Notes under the pieces: generated by a model | Told to the model about the DNA's origin: nothing | Seen by the model: the letters and a program-made list of their open reading frames with translations, nothing else | The model's database searches: none | Origin: Anthoceros angustus | Taxonomy: Eukaryota; Plantae; Anthocerotophyta | Direction of reading: 5' to 3' | Assembly (NCBI GenBank): GCA_010909165.1 | Contig: MU008196.1 | Span: 186,001 to 250,000, forward strand | DNA: 64,000 nt | Program-made: the position numbers and the translations under genes | Part shown: positions 18,475-29,239 of the stretch, piece after piece | Layout of the letters: every line of letters starts with the position of its first letter | Numbering within the stretch: position 1 is the stretch's first letter

Positions 18475-21400
18475 AGTAACACCCCCTTTTCAGCTAGGTG
18501 GGGCAGTCACGCAGTTAACGACAAAACCATCACCAAACACCAGCATTAGGCCTCCAAGTAGCCCGCCGTCCTTCCACGGGACGACTCGTAGTCAACATGT
18601 CTGCCGCTGCTATTTATTCCTGCAAGAATACATGAGAGATCAGAGAGAGCTCCCCATCTTTGCCTAAGCTAGGAGCTTATCTCTCTCCCCTCATCTCCTC
18701 CTCAACAGCTCTCGTCTAGCACGCTCACACTCTAGGCTCGCAAGGCCTCTAGGCTCCAAAGTCCTATCCTCACAAGAGTGTAGCTCCCAAGTGCTAGGAT
18801 CCTTCTAGACATGCTCACACTCTAGGCTCCCAAGGCCTCTCTCATCTCCTTTTATAGGGAGGCTTACAACATTTCCAAAGTAACTGCCTACAGCAAACTT
18901 TCTTCCTTAAGCCCTAAGCTAAGTCTTACCACCACTACTTACAACTTACTAACTAGATCCAGGGCTGCATGCTTCTCATGCAAGGCTTCTTACTTTCTCC
19001 CCCACTGGGAAAAGAATCATTGTCCTCAGTGGTAGCCAAAGTATCGAGAGATCATCCAGGATCCTTTCTGAATATCCTCTAACGTTACCCAAACTGGATC
19101 TGAGATCCCACACAACTTTACCATATACTGTGGTACGATTCCATGTTTTGTCGGCACGCTACTCTCTGCAAGGAATTCCTCAATTTCCCTTGATCCTTGA
19201 TTATCTTTGCGAGAACACTGTACTTCTTCTTGTCCATGTCTTCTTTCTCTTTGCCTGGCACAAATGGTTTCAGTAGTGATACATGAAACATATTGTGTGC
19301 AAAAATCCATTCAGGCAGCTGTAACTTGTAAACCACTTCTCCAATGCGCTTCAATACTATCTTGGCCTTAACTTAAGAGTTAATCCTTGAGGTAATGGGA
19401 AATGCTTCAATTTCACCCATACTTTATCCCCAACATTGAAGACAGTTTCTCTCTTGTGCCTATGAGCATATTTCTTCTGACGTGCTTGAGCTTTGGCTAA
19501 AATTCCTTTGGCAATCTCATGCCTAGCCTTCAACTGCTCAATGAATCGGCGTGGATCTCTAGTGGTAGTATCGAAAACTTCAGCATTTAGCATGGATACC
19601 ACATCCAGTGCTGAATTTCCTCCCATCTCAAAAGGACTACATCCCAGAGAGTTGTGTGCAGTGTTGTTATAACAAAATTCTTCATCGTCTAGATGATTAG
19701 TCCAATCCCTCTGATCAATGTGCACATAATGCCTTAAGTATTCTTCTTGGATTCGGTTGCCTCGCTCAGTTGAGCCATCAGTATCTGGATGGAAAGCTGT
19801 GCTCATACATAACTCCACATTCAAGCTTTTCATCAAATGCTGCCAAAATTCTCCTTGGATCCCTATCACTCACAATCTGCATAGGTAAGCCATGATACTT
19901 GTATACATACTTCTTAAACAAGCTGGCTACCTCAAAAGCTGTCACTCGCCTCTTTGTAGGGATTGTTGAGATTGGAAGCTAGCCATGCTTCAAGAGGGTC
20001 AGAAGTGTCAAGAAAGCAAGTGTTCAGAATTGCAAAACTAAGACTACCTAAACGAGGCCTTAAAACACAAATGAAGAGCAACTTTGAGCAAACAACACAA
20101 AGACAATAGTCAAAGAGCTGAACCTACTATAGCTAGCTGGTCTCACCCCTTTTTAAACCCTAAAGAGTGTCACTCACGTTTCCTACTCAACATGGGGTAT
20201 ATGTTTCCCATTTACCCACTTCTATATACTTATAGTAAGCTCAACCACCTACATCTTTTACGCATAGTCATATCCATCTTAACAAACTCAGTAAGCTGCA
20301 TCCTCAACAGGGAAAGCAGTGAGGAATGCTATACCTTAACTTGAATCTATCCACCACTGTCATGATAGCTGTACAACCATTACTGGGTGGTAAAGGCATG
20401 ATAAAATTGATCTGATAATACCCCGCCATCAGATCTAGCTTGGTGAAATACTTGGCACCCTTCAACCTGTCAAACATATCATCCATTCTTGGCAAAGGAT
20501 ATGCATTCTTCATCGTCTAGATGATTAGTCCAATCCCTCGATCAATGTGCACATAATGCCTTAAGTATTCTTCTTGGATTCGGTTGCCTCGCTCGGTTGA
20601 GCCATCGATCTGGATGGAAAGCGTGCTCATACATAACTCCACATTCAAGCTTTTCATCAAATGCTGCCAAAATTCTCCTTGGATCCCTATCACTCACAAT
20701 CTGCATAGGTAAGCCATGATACTTGTATACATACTTCTTAAAACAAGCTGGCTACCTCAAAAACACACCGCCTCTTTGTAGGGATTGTTGAGATTGGAAG
20801 CTAGCCATGCTTCAAGAGGGTCAAGTGTCAAGAAAGCAAGTGTTGCAAAACTAAGACTACCTAAAGCGAGGCCTTAAAACACAAATGAAGAGCAACTTTG
20901 AGCAAACAACACAAAGACAATAGTCAAAGAGCTGAACCTACTATAGCTAGCTGGTCTCACCTTTTAAACCCTAAAGAGTGTCACTCACGTTTCCTACTCA
21001 ACATGGGGTATATGTTTCCCATTTACCCACTTCTATATACTTATAGTAAGCTCAACCACCTACATCTTTTACGCATAGTCATATCCATCTTAACAAACTC
21101 GATGGCTGCATCCTCAACAGGAAAGCAGTGAGGAATGCTATACCTTAACTTGAATCTATCCACCATCATGATAGCTGTACAACCATTCGGGTGGTAAAGG
21201 CATGATAAAATTGATCTGATAGTACCCCATCAGATCTAGCTTGGTGAAATACTTGGCACCCTTCAACCTGTCAAACATATCATCCATTCTTGGCAAAGGA
21301 TATGCATTCTTCACTGTAATTTGATTCAGAGCTCTGTAATCTAAACACATCCTTAGTCCTCCATTCTTCTTGCGTAAACAATACCGCGCACCAAAGGAGA

Positions 21401-24125
21401 CTTAGAGACTCGATATATCCCTTTGCCAGGTTGGATAGTTGTCGCTTGAGTTCCGTAGCTCATCCTGCGACAATCTATATGGTGCTCTCAACGGAGGCGT
21501 ACTCCCTAGCCTCAATTCTATCTCATGATCTACTACTCTGTGAGACGGTAAAGGTGGCAATTCATCGCATCAAATCCTTAAAATCATCCAAGACAGCTTG
21601 TAATTCCTTCGGGATGTCTTTCTCTTGATTCTTCCTCAAGACCATCCTCTAATCCGGAGCATAACTAGATAAAGCTCCTTCTTACATCTTATGTCTTGCT
21701 TGAGCTCTCTTTTTGAAATCAACTGTACTGAGCACATCTCAAGCTTCTGACTAAGATTAGCACAAACCACCTTGTGCTTTCCATTCTTCAATATCTCAAT
21801 GGTGCGGGACTTCACATCTACACGCACTTCATTGGATTTCATCCACTCTAGACCCAAGATAACATCATGGTCATCCATGTCTACAACTGTGAAACTCATG
21901 TATCCTTCCCACGCTTCTATTTGCAGCTTTACTCCATGCAATTCACCCAAGAAAAGCAGAGTTCCTTTAGCTTGCTTGATTCCATATGGCGCGGAAGTAC
22001 TAGCCCAAGCTCTTTCGCCTTGCGAGGAGTTATAAAATTGTGGGTGGCGGCAGAGTCCAACAATAACTCTACTTCTAAGCCATTCATCTTTCCACATATA
22101 TACATAAGGGCTCCACCTTCCCTCAAAATAGTGTCATCCTTGACACTAGATGACTCACCACATGTTGTCACAACAATATGTGGCCACTGACATCATTTGG
22201 GCTCTGCAGAAAGCTCCTGAATCCGAAGTGCTGCAGCTTGAGGATTGGCGGCTTTCACATTTAGTTGGGAATTCCCAGCATGCGGACAATCTTTCGCAAA
22301 ATGTTCTTGCTCTCCACAACTGAAGCACACACCAAATTGAGGGCCTGACGTCCTTTGGCTTCCACGGCCACGACCTCTATTGGCTCCTCTTCCTCTTCCT
22401 CTGCCAACATTATCATTTGTTCCAATATGCCCAGTGTTGGTGGCTCTTCCTCTACCTCTTGATCTTCCCTGAAAAGATCTTGGATACCTTCCTCTGAAAG
22501 ACACTGGTGCTTCCTCGGCACGACTTGTGTCAGGTATCGCATCTGCAGCTACAATAGCCTCTCGCAGAGTTTGAGGTTTTGTCATCTGAATTCTATCCGA
22601 GCCCACCTCTTGAGTCCACTATAAAACCTGTGGAGCTTATCCACCTCCTGCATATCAGGGCATTGTAACACAGCTGTGCTAAATTCACTCACATATTGCC
22701 GCAACATTCCTGTGTGCTTCACATTCTCTAGCATCCTTCTTGCCAGCATAGATGCATTAGTTGGCTGGAATTGAAGTTGCAGGGCATCTTTGAATTCTGC
22801 CCAGGTGGAAATAGTTTCCACTCTATTACCTTGCGCAATACTGTGAACATAAGTTCTCCACCAAGTAAGAGCGTACCCTTCTAAGAAGGTAACGATGTGA
22901 TCTAGATACTCTTCCTGCGGAATCCTCTGTGATAGAAAGTATCCTTCCAATGAGAAAAACCACGAATTGATTTTCTCCACATCTCGTTCACCCTTATACC
23001 TATATGGGGCAACGCAGACTCAACTTCCTCTGCCTCCCAACATTATCATTTGTTCCAATATGCCTAGTGTTGGTGGTTCTTCCTCTACCTCTTGATCTTC
23101 CCTGAAAAGATCTTGGATACCTTCCTCACGAAAGACACGGTGCTTCCTCGGCACGACTTGTGTCGTATCGCATCTGCAGCTAATAGCCTCTCGCGAGTTT
23201 GAGGTTTTGTCATCGAATTCTATCCGAGCCCACCTCTTGAGTCCACTATAAAACACATGGAGCTTATCCACCTCCACGCATATCGGGGCATTGTAACACA
23301 GCTGTGCTAAATTCACTCACATATTGCCGCAACATTCCTGTGTGCTTCACATTCTCTAGCATCCTTCTTGCCAGCATAGATGCATTAGTTGGCTGGAATT
23401 GAAGTTGCAGTGCATCTTTGAATTCTGCCCAGGTGGAAATAGTTTCCACTCTATTACCTTGTTCAATACTCTGGACATAAGTTCTCCACCAAGTAAGAGC
23501 GTACCCTTCTAAGAAGTTAACGATGTGATCTAGATACTCTTCCTGCGGAATCCTCTGTGATAGAAAGTATCCTTCCAATGAGAAAAACCACGAATTGATT
23601 TTCTCCACATCTCGTTCACCCTTATACCTATATGGGGGCTGAACGCTTAGACTCAACTTCCTCTGCCGTTCCAGGAATTAGTGGCTCCATCTGAAGCTCA
23701 TCCACTGCGGTCTCGACCATAGGAACCTTCTCTTTCTTCCGCTGTATTCTCTCTGCTCTGCCTGGCTCTTCAGGATCAGCCATCTCCAGATAGCGCCCTA
23801 GCTAAAAGAGCTATCCAAAGTTCTATCCTCACAAGAGTGTAGCTCCCAAGTGCTAGGATCCTTCTAGACATGCTCACACTCTAGGCTCCCAAGGCCTCTA
23901 GGCTACAAAGTCCTATCCTCACAAGAGTGTAGCTCCCCATGCTAGGATCACAAGATGCTTCTCGGACTAGCCTCATCTCCTTTTATAGGGAGGCTTACAA
24001 CATTTCCAAAGTAACTGCCTAAAGCAGACTTTCTTCCTTAAGCCCTAAGCTAAGTCTTACCACCACTACTTACAACTTACTAACTAGATCCAGGGCTGCA
24101 TGCTTCTCATGCAAGGCTTCTTACT
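18475..24125 (-). mobile_element. Ty3/gypsy chromovirus, internally deleted. 3' LTR 18475-18994, PPT 18995-19003, chromodomain-integrase, partial RT, protease, gag (ATG ~23783), partial 5' LTR ~23815-24125, TSD CTTAG
   Basis: Gag zinc knuckle CFSCGEQEHFAKDC, protease [21 protein letters not shown]...KLDL and integrase STAFHPDTDGSTER. The LTR is directly repeated, and CTTAG lies at 18470-18474 and 24126-24130. Confidence 0.93.
19964..20309 (-). mobile_element. Solo LTR (346 bp) of copia family H inserted in the gypsy integrase; duplicated copy at 20786-21119
   Basis: TGTTGAG...CTCAACA termini with flanks GGGAT/GGGAA (4/5 TSD). It splits the integrase between VVDRF..HCF and IPTKRR. Confidence 0.92.
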
Positions 24126-24254
24126 CTTAGAGTGTAATACCCCTCCTCGAAGGCCTTTGAAAGACGCAGGCGGTGTTAACACATCACCACACACTACCCT
24201 CCTCAGAAGTACCTATTGATTCCAGAAAACGGAGTCTCTCCAACCCCTTCGTTG

Positions 24255-24600
24255 ACAGGGTCCGTTAGGGGACCTGCACCGGCGAGCCTTATGGGCAGGG
24301 TTTTAGAATGACCGGGTCCGTTTGGGGACCTGCACCGGCGAGCCTCATGGGCAGGGTTTTAGGCTGACCGGGTCCGTTTTGGGACCTACATCGGCGAGCC
24401 TCATGGGCAGGGTTTTAGATTGACCGGGTCCATTTGGGGACCTGCACCGGCGAGCCTCATGGGCAGGATTTTAGATTGACCGGGTCCGTTTGGGGACTTA
24501 CACCAGCGAACCTCATGGATAGAGTTTTAGATTGACCGGGTCTGTTTGGAGGCAGGCCTGCACCGGCAAGCCCCTCACAGGCTGGGTTTTAGATTGACTG
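24255..24600. repeat. 56-bp minisatellite, ~6 units
   Basis: GACCGGGTCCGTTTGGGGACCTGCACCGGCGAGCCTCATGGGCAGGGTTTTAGATT repeated at ~56-bp spacing. Confidence 0.95.
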
Positions 24601-24759
24601 CATCCTAGCCTCGGTCCCGGTTCCAGACTAGATAGAAAAAGGTCAGAGATTGGCGGAGTTAGAATAAGGCATTTCACCTAGAAAACCCTGCCCGCATCCT
24701 AGCCTCGGTCCCGGTTCCTGACTATATAGAAAAGGGTTAGGGATTGGCGGAGTTGGAAT

Positions 24760-25006
24760 ATTTGCGACAGAAAGAAGATTCCTCACAGTATGAGGCATAT
24801 GATGCACGTCCTTAATACCTGTAGACTGTCCTCTTGGTAGATGGACCCGTAACACTCCTTGTCCCTTGATGTCATGTGGCCAACCGCCAAGGATCCGAAA
24901 TTCTTTGGAATTGAACACTCATGACCTGCATCGGCAATTTTTGCGACACAAAGAAGATTCCTCGCAAGATGAGGCGCCTAATGCACGTCCTTAATACCTA
25001 TAGACT
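24760..25006 (-). mobile_element. Copia protease-region fragment, partly duplicated
   Basis: IKGQGVLRVHLPRGQSTGIKDVHHMPHTVRNLLSV matches the copia G-G-V...L-DV-H-P-L--NLLSV pattern. Confidence 0.7.
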
Positions 25007-25493
25007 TGTTGAGGATGCAGCTTATTGAGTTTGTTAAGATGGATATGACTATGCGTAAAAGATGTAGGTGATTGAGCTTACTATAAGTATATAGAAGTTG
25101 GTAAATGGGAAACATATACCCCATATTGAGTAGGAAACGTGAGTGACACTCTTTAGGGTTTAAAAGGGGTGAGACCAGCTAGGTATAGCAGGTTCAGCTC
25201 TTTGACTATTGTCTTTATGTTGTTTGCTCAAAGTTGCTCTTCATTTGTGTTTTAAGGCCTTGTTTAGATGGTCTTAGTTTTGCAATTCTTGACACTTGCT
25301 TTCTTGACACTTCTGACCCTCTTGAAGCATGGCTAGCTTCCAATCTCAACAGGTTATAGGCCCACACACCCAAGGCATGGTGACACTACAAGTCATTTCC
25401 AAATTTCGTGGTAACAATTTCAACTTGTGGAAGCTCAAGATGCAGATGCTGTTGGCTGAGAAAGGCTTGTGGGGGATAGTGTCAGGAACTGAG
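25007..25493 (+). mobile_element. Copia family H 5' end: LTR 25007-25351, half-tRNA PBS 25352-25365, gag start (ATG 25377)
   Basis: The LTR is followed by GGTTATAGGCCCAC and by MVTLQVISKFRGNNFNLWKLKMQMLLAEKGLWGIVSGTE, a copia gag N-terminus. Confidence 0.92.
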
Positions 25494-25495
25494 AA

Positions 25496-26072
25496 ATGTG
25501 GTCTTCATGGGGCCACAAATGTCTGAGTGAATCAAATCTAGCACATGGTTAGCTCTACTTCCTGCGCTCTTCCGGCCGCTGCTCAGTTCCTGACACTATC
25601 CCCCACAAGCCTTTCTCGGCCAACAGCATCTGCATCTTGAACTTCCACAAGTTCAAGTTGTTATTACCAAATTTGGAAATGACTTGTAGTGTCACCATGC
25701 CTTGGTGTGTGGGCCCATAATCTGTTGAGATTAGAAGCTAGTTATGCTTCAAGAGGTTCAGAAGTGTCAAGAAAGCAAGTGTTCAGAATTGCAAAACTAA
25801 GACACCTAACCGAGGCCTTAAAACACAAATGAAGAACAACTTTGAGCAAACAACCCAAAGACAATAGTCAAAGAGCTGAACCTACTACAGCTAGCTGGTC
25901 TCACCCCTTTTTAAACCCTAAAAAGTGTCACTCACGTTTCCTACTCAATATGGGGTATATGTTTCCCATTTACCCACTTCTATATACTTATAGTAAGCTC
26001 AATCACCTACATCTTTTACGCATAGTCATATCATATTCATCTTAACAAACTCAGTAAGCTGCATCCTCAACA
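25496..26072 (-). mobile_element. Copia family H 5' end, inverted: LTR 25723-26072, PBS 25709-25722, gag start, then an integrase scrap
   Basis: This is the reverse complement of 25007-25493. Segment 25496-25563 matches 61438-61505. Confidence 0.9.
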
Positions 26073-27503
26073 CGGTTGTGGACCTCCGATCATCAAGATC
26101 GCTCCCCCTATCCGAGTCACAATATCCAAGCAGTCTGTGTCGTTCATTTGAACCTGAAAACTCAAGGTACATGTCATGTGTGCCTTTCAAGTACCTCATC
26201 ATCCTCTTCACTGCAATCCAATGTGGCTTTCCCAGATTTTGCATATATTGGCTTGTCTTGACAACATCTCCTTTATCTCATTGATGGCATCTATAGATGC
26301 ACTCAACAAAATGAGGTCATCCACGTATATGGCTAGAATAACCATACATTGGAGAACTTTGGATATGTAGATGCTCTCATCAGATGTGCTTTGTTGAAAT
26401 CCTTGCTCCTTTAAGAAAGCATTGATCTTCTCATACCAAGCTCTAGACCCTTGCTTCAATCCATAGAGAGCTTTCTTCAATTTGCACACCAAACTCTCAT
26501 GGCCTTTTTTCGATATACCCCTCAGGTTGCTCCATATAAATGTCCTCCTCCAAATCTCCATTGAGAAATGCAGTTTTTACATCCATTTGATGAATCTCCA
26601 AATCATCAATTGCTCCCACTACAAGTAAAGTCCTTATTGACACAAATTTGGCCACTGGAGCAAAGGTCTCATTGTAATCGATGCCTTGTTCTTGGCTATA
26701 TCCCTTCACCACCAATCTTGCCTTATATCTCTCAATCTGACCATTAGAATCTCTCTTGATTCTAAACACCCATTTGCTCCCAATAGCATTCCTTCCTGCA
26801 GGCAAGGAGGTTAATACCCAAGTGTCATTCTTCTTCAACGACTTCATCTCATCATCCATAGCTTCTTTCCATTGCTTTGCATCCTTCCCTTGTAGTGCTT
26901 CAGCTATCGTTCTTGGTTCCCTCCCATATTCCATAGCAATGGATGCAAACTCTGGTCCTTCTCTCCAATCTCTTGGTGGATGACGCTCCCTTGTTGGATA
27001 TCTCCTCGGAGGAAGAATTTCTTCTCTCAAGGGTTCTTCCTCATTGTTTCCTCGCTAGGGATCATTTCATTCCCATCAATCGAATGACGTCTTTTCCAAT
27101 TGGTTCTTGAGGTATCACAACCTCATGAGCATCAACAATAGGAAATTTCTCGCTATCTATAGTCTCCGCCTCATCAAAAACCACATCTCTACTTATGATG
27201 ATGCGCCTAGATGCCTTGTCATACAATCTATAGACCTTTCTATCAATATCATAGCCCACAAAAATGCACTCCAATGCCTTCCCTTCGAGCTTTGACTTCT
27301 TTGGGTTTATGTGCAAAGGCTCTACACCCAAACACATGCAAGTGAGCAATAGAAGGCTTCTTCCCTAACCAGCATTCCTTCGGTGTCATATCCTCTAGTG
27401 ATGCACTTGCACTTCTATTAGTTAGGTAGACAGCAGTTGCAATGGCTTCCCCCCAAAACTCATAGCCCAATTGTTGATGATGAAGCATGATCCTTGCACA
27501 TTC
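26073..27503 (-). mobile_element. Copia family H internal fragment (integrase C-terminus, RT, start of RNase H), frameshifted
   Basis: QMDVKTAFLNGDLEEDIYMEQP, LAIYVDDLI and GYCDSD motifs. The integrase part (~26985-27503) is near-identical to 60615-61144. Confidence 0.95.
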
Positions 27504-27848
27504 TGTTGAGGATGCAGCTTACTGAGTTTGTTAAGATGGATATGACTATGCGTAAAAGATGTAGGTGATTGAGCTTACTATAAGTATATAGAAGTGGGTA
27601 AATGGGAAACATATACCCTCTATTGAGTAGGAAACGTGAGTGACACTTTTTAAGGTTTAAAAAGGGGTGAGACCAGCTAGCTATAGTAGGTTCATCTCTT
27701 TGACTATTGTCTTTGTGTTGTTTGCTCAAAGTTGCTCTTCATTTGTGTTTGAAGGCCTCGTTTAGGTGTCTTAGTTTTGCAATTCTGAACACTTGCTTTC
27801 TTCACACTTCTGACCCTCTTGAAGCATGGCTAGCTTCCAATCTCAACA
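27504..27848 (+). mobile_element. Copia family H LTR, no TSD
   Basis: TGTTGAGGATGC...ATCTCAACA with flanks CATTC/ATGAA. Confidence 0.92.
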
Positions 27849-29239
27849 ATGAAGAGCTTGGCGGATGGCTGCCTGCAGTTGTGAGGCAACTTGTTTTGGA
27901 TGCTCTTCTCCTGAATTTCTGACATTCGTGATACTTTCAGTCAAATGTATCCTGAACTTTTGGACACCATACTATCTGTGATAGATCCCTGAATTTTACT
28001 TTCCATTTCCTCTTCCTTGTCTTTGGTACGATCAGACTAGCTCGTATATTGACCATCAGTGGTCTATGGTCCAACATGAAAGGATCGTACATTGATCATC
28101 AGTGGTCTATGGTCCAACATGAAAGGATCAAACTGCAGCCATATCATGTGGGTCTGTGCACAAGTAATCAATTGTGCTGGCCCTCATGTCTACTGTCCCA
28201 TTCAATTTGTATTTTAGATTTTGTTGCTTCCTTTCAGGCTCATACTTATGTGAAAATGTGTGTTTCCAATTGTTTGCAAGGGCGGGGGGTTTTCCAAGAG
28301 AGACTCTTAATTAGGCCATTTTGAAAGGGCACGGGTATTAGATTAAGTAGTTGGAAGCCGTAACGATAGAGGGAGGCTTGGCCTAGTGAGGCCATGCGTG
28401 TATGTCCTATAAAAAAGACAGATTTTGAGAAGTAAAACACCATGATTGCGCTTCCCTTGCTTGGCGGAGTGCTTGGCGGAGGTCTTGCTCCTTGCGGGCG
28501 CCTCTGCAGGTTGCTCCCCTTGTGAATGGTTGTTGTGAAATTGCTTTGCTTTGGGTGTGTGGCGCTGCCTGAGAAACTCTCTGTTTGAGGGGTGGCTGCA
28601 GGGAAAGACTCCTTGGAGATTCTCGCTATCTGGTGCAAACCCGTAGCAACCGGTCCAAGGAAGAACTTGCTAGCTTGTAGGCAGACCCTAGGTAATTGTG
28701 TCGTAAGGGCGAGATAGGGCCAGAGGGCTTGAAGTAAGGTTAGATTAGGAGGATGATGGATTGAGTTAAGTTGAGTGTGTGGATGATGTGGAGTTGATTG
28801 TTGAGTAGAGGAGTAGAAATTAGGAGTTAGAAGAGGGCCTGCGAGGTCAGAGCCTAAGGGAGGGATCCCAAGTATGTATCAAATTGAGACTGGAAGCTGG
28901 GCCAAGGTCTCAAAACTGCGGAGGCAGTGAAATCGTGCTGTGGCATGGGGGGTCCCTATGCCAGCAACAGAGCGACCTACCCCCACAGGGTGTGGATCTA
29001 TGACGAAAGGTGTCGTTGTAGGTAACTGACGAAGCAGCACGAGGAGGCGTGGCTACTGCTTGGGTATGAGGTGAGGTTGCCCCAGTTGTGTGAGGGGGCT
29101 TGGGTGTGTGAGAAGGTACGAGCTTGTGTCTTGAAAGCTGGTTTCATGTTAAGCAGAAGTCTCATGGGACAAAACCTATTGTACGTAGCGACAGTGGGAT
29201 AAGTGTGGCCTATAGAGGGTAGTCTTGCAAGTCCCAAGG

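Noticed and set aside
20084-20344. Recurrent ORF MSKQHKDNSQRAEP... (also 20898, 25842, 27460, 49070, 53569)
   Set aside because: It is the antisense reading of the 346-bp LTR with a TTG start, and it runs out of the element. It recurs only because the LTR does.
22193-22195. In-frame TGA between gag and protease as programmed readthrough
   Set aside because: The element has many other disabling lesions, so one copy cannot distinguish recoding from decay.
24255-24600. Regularly spaced repeats as a possible CRISPR array
   Set aside because: The units are contiguous with no unique spacers, there are no cas genes, and the context is eukaryotic.
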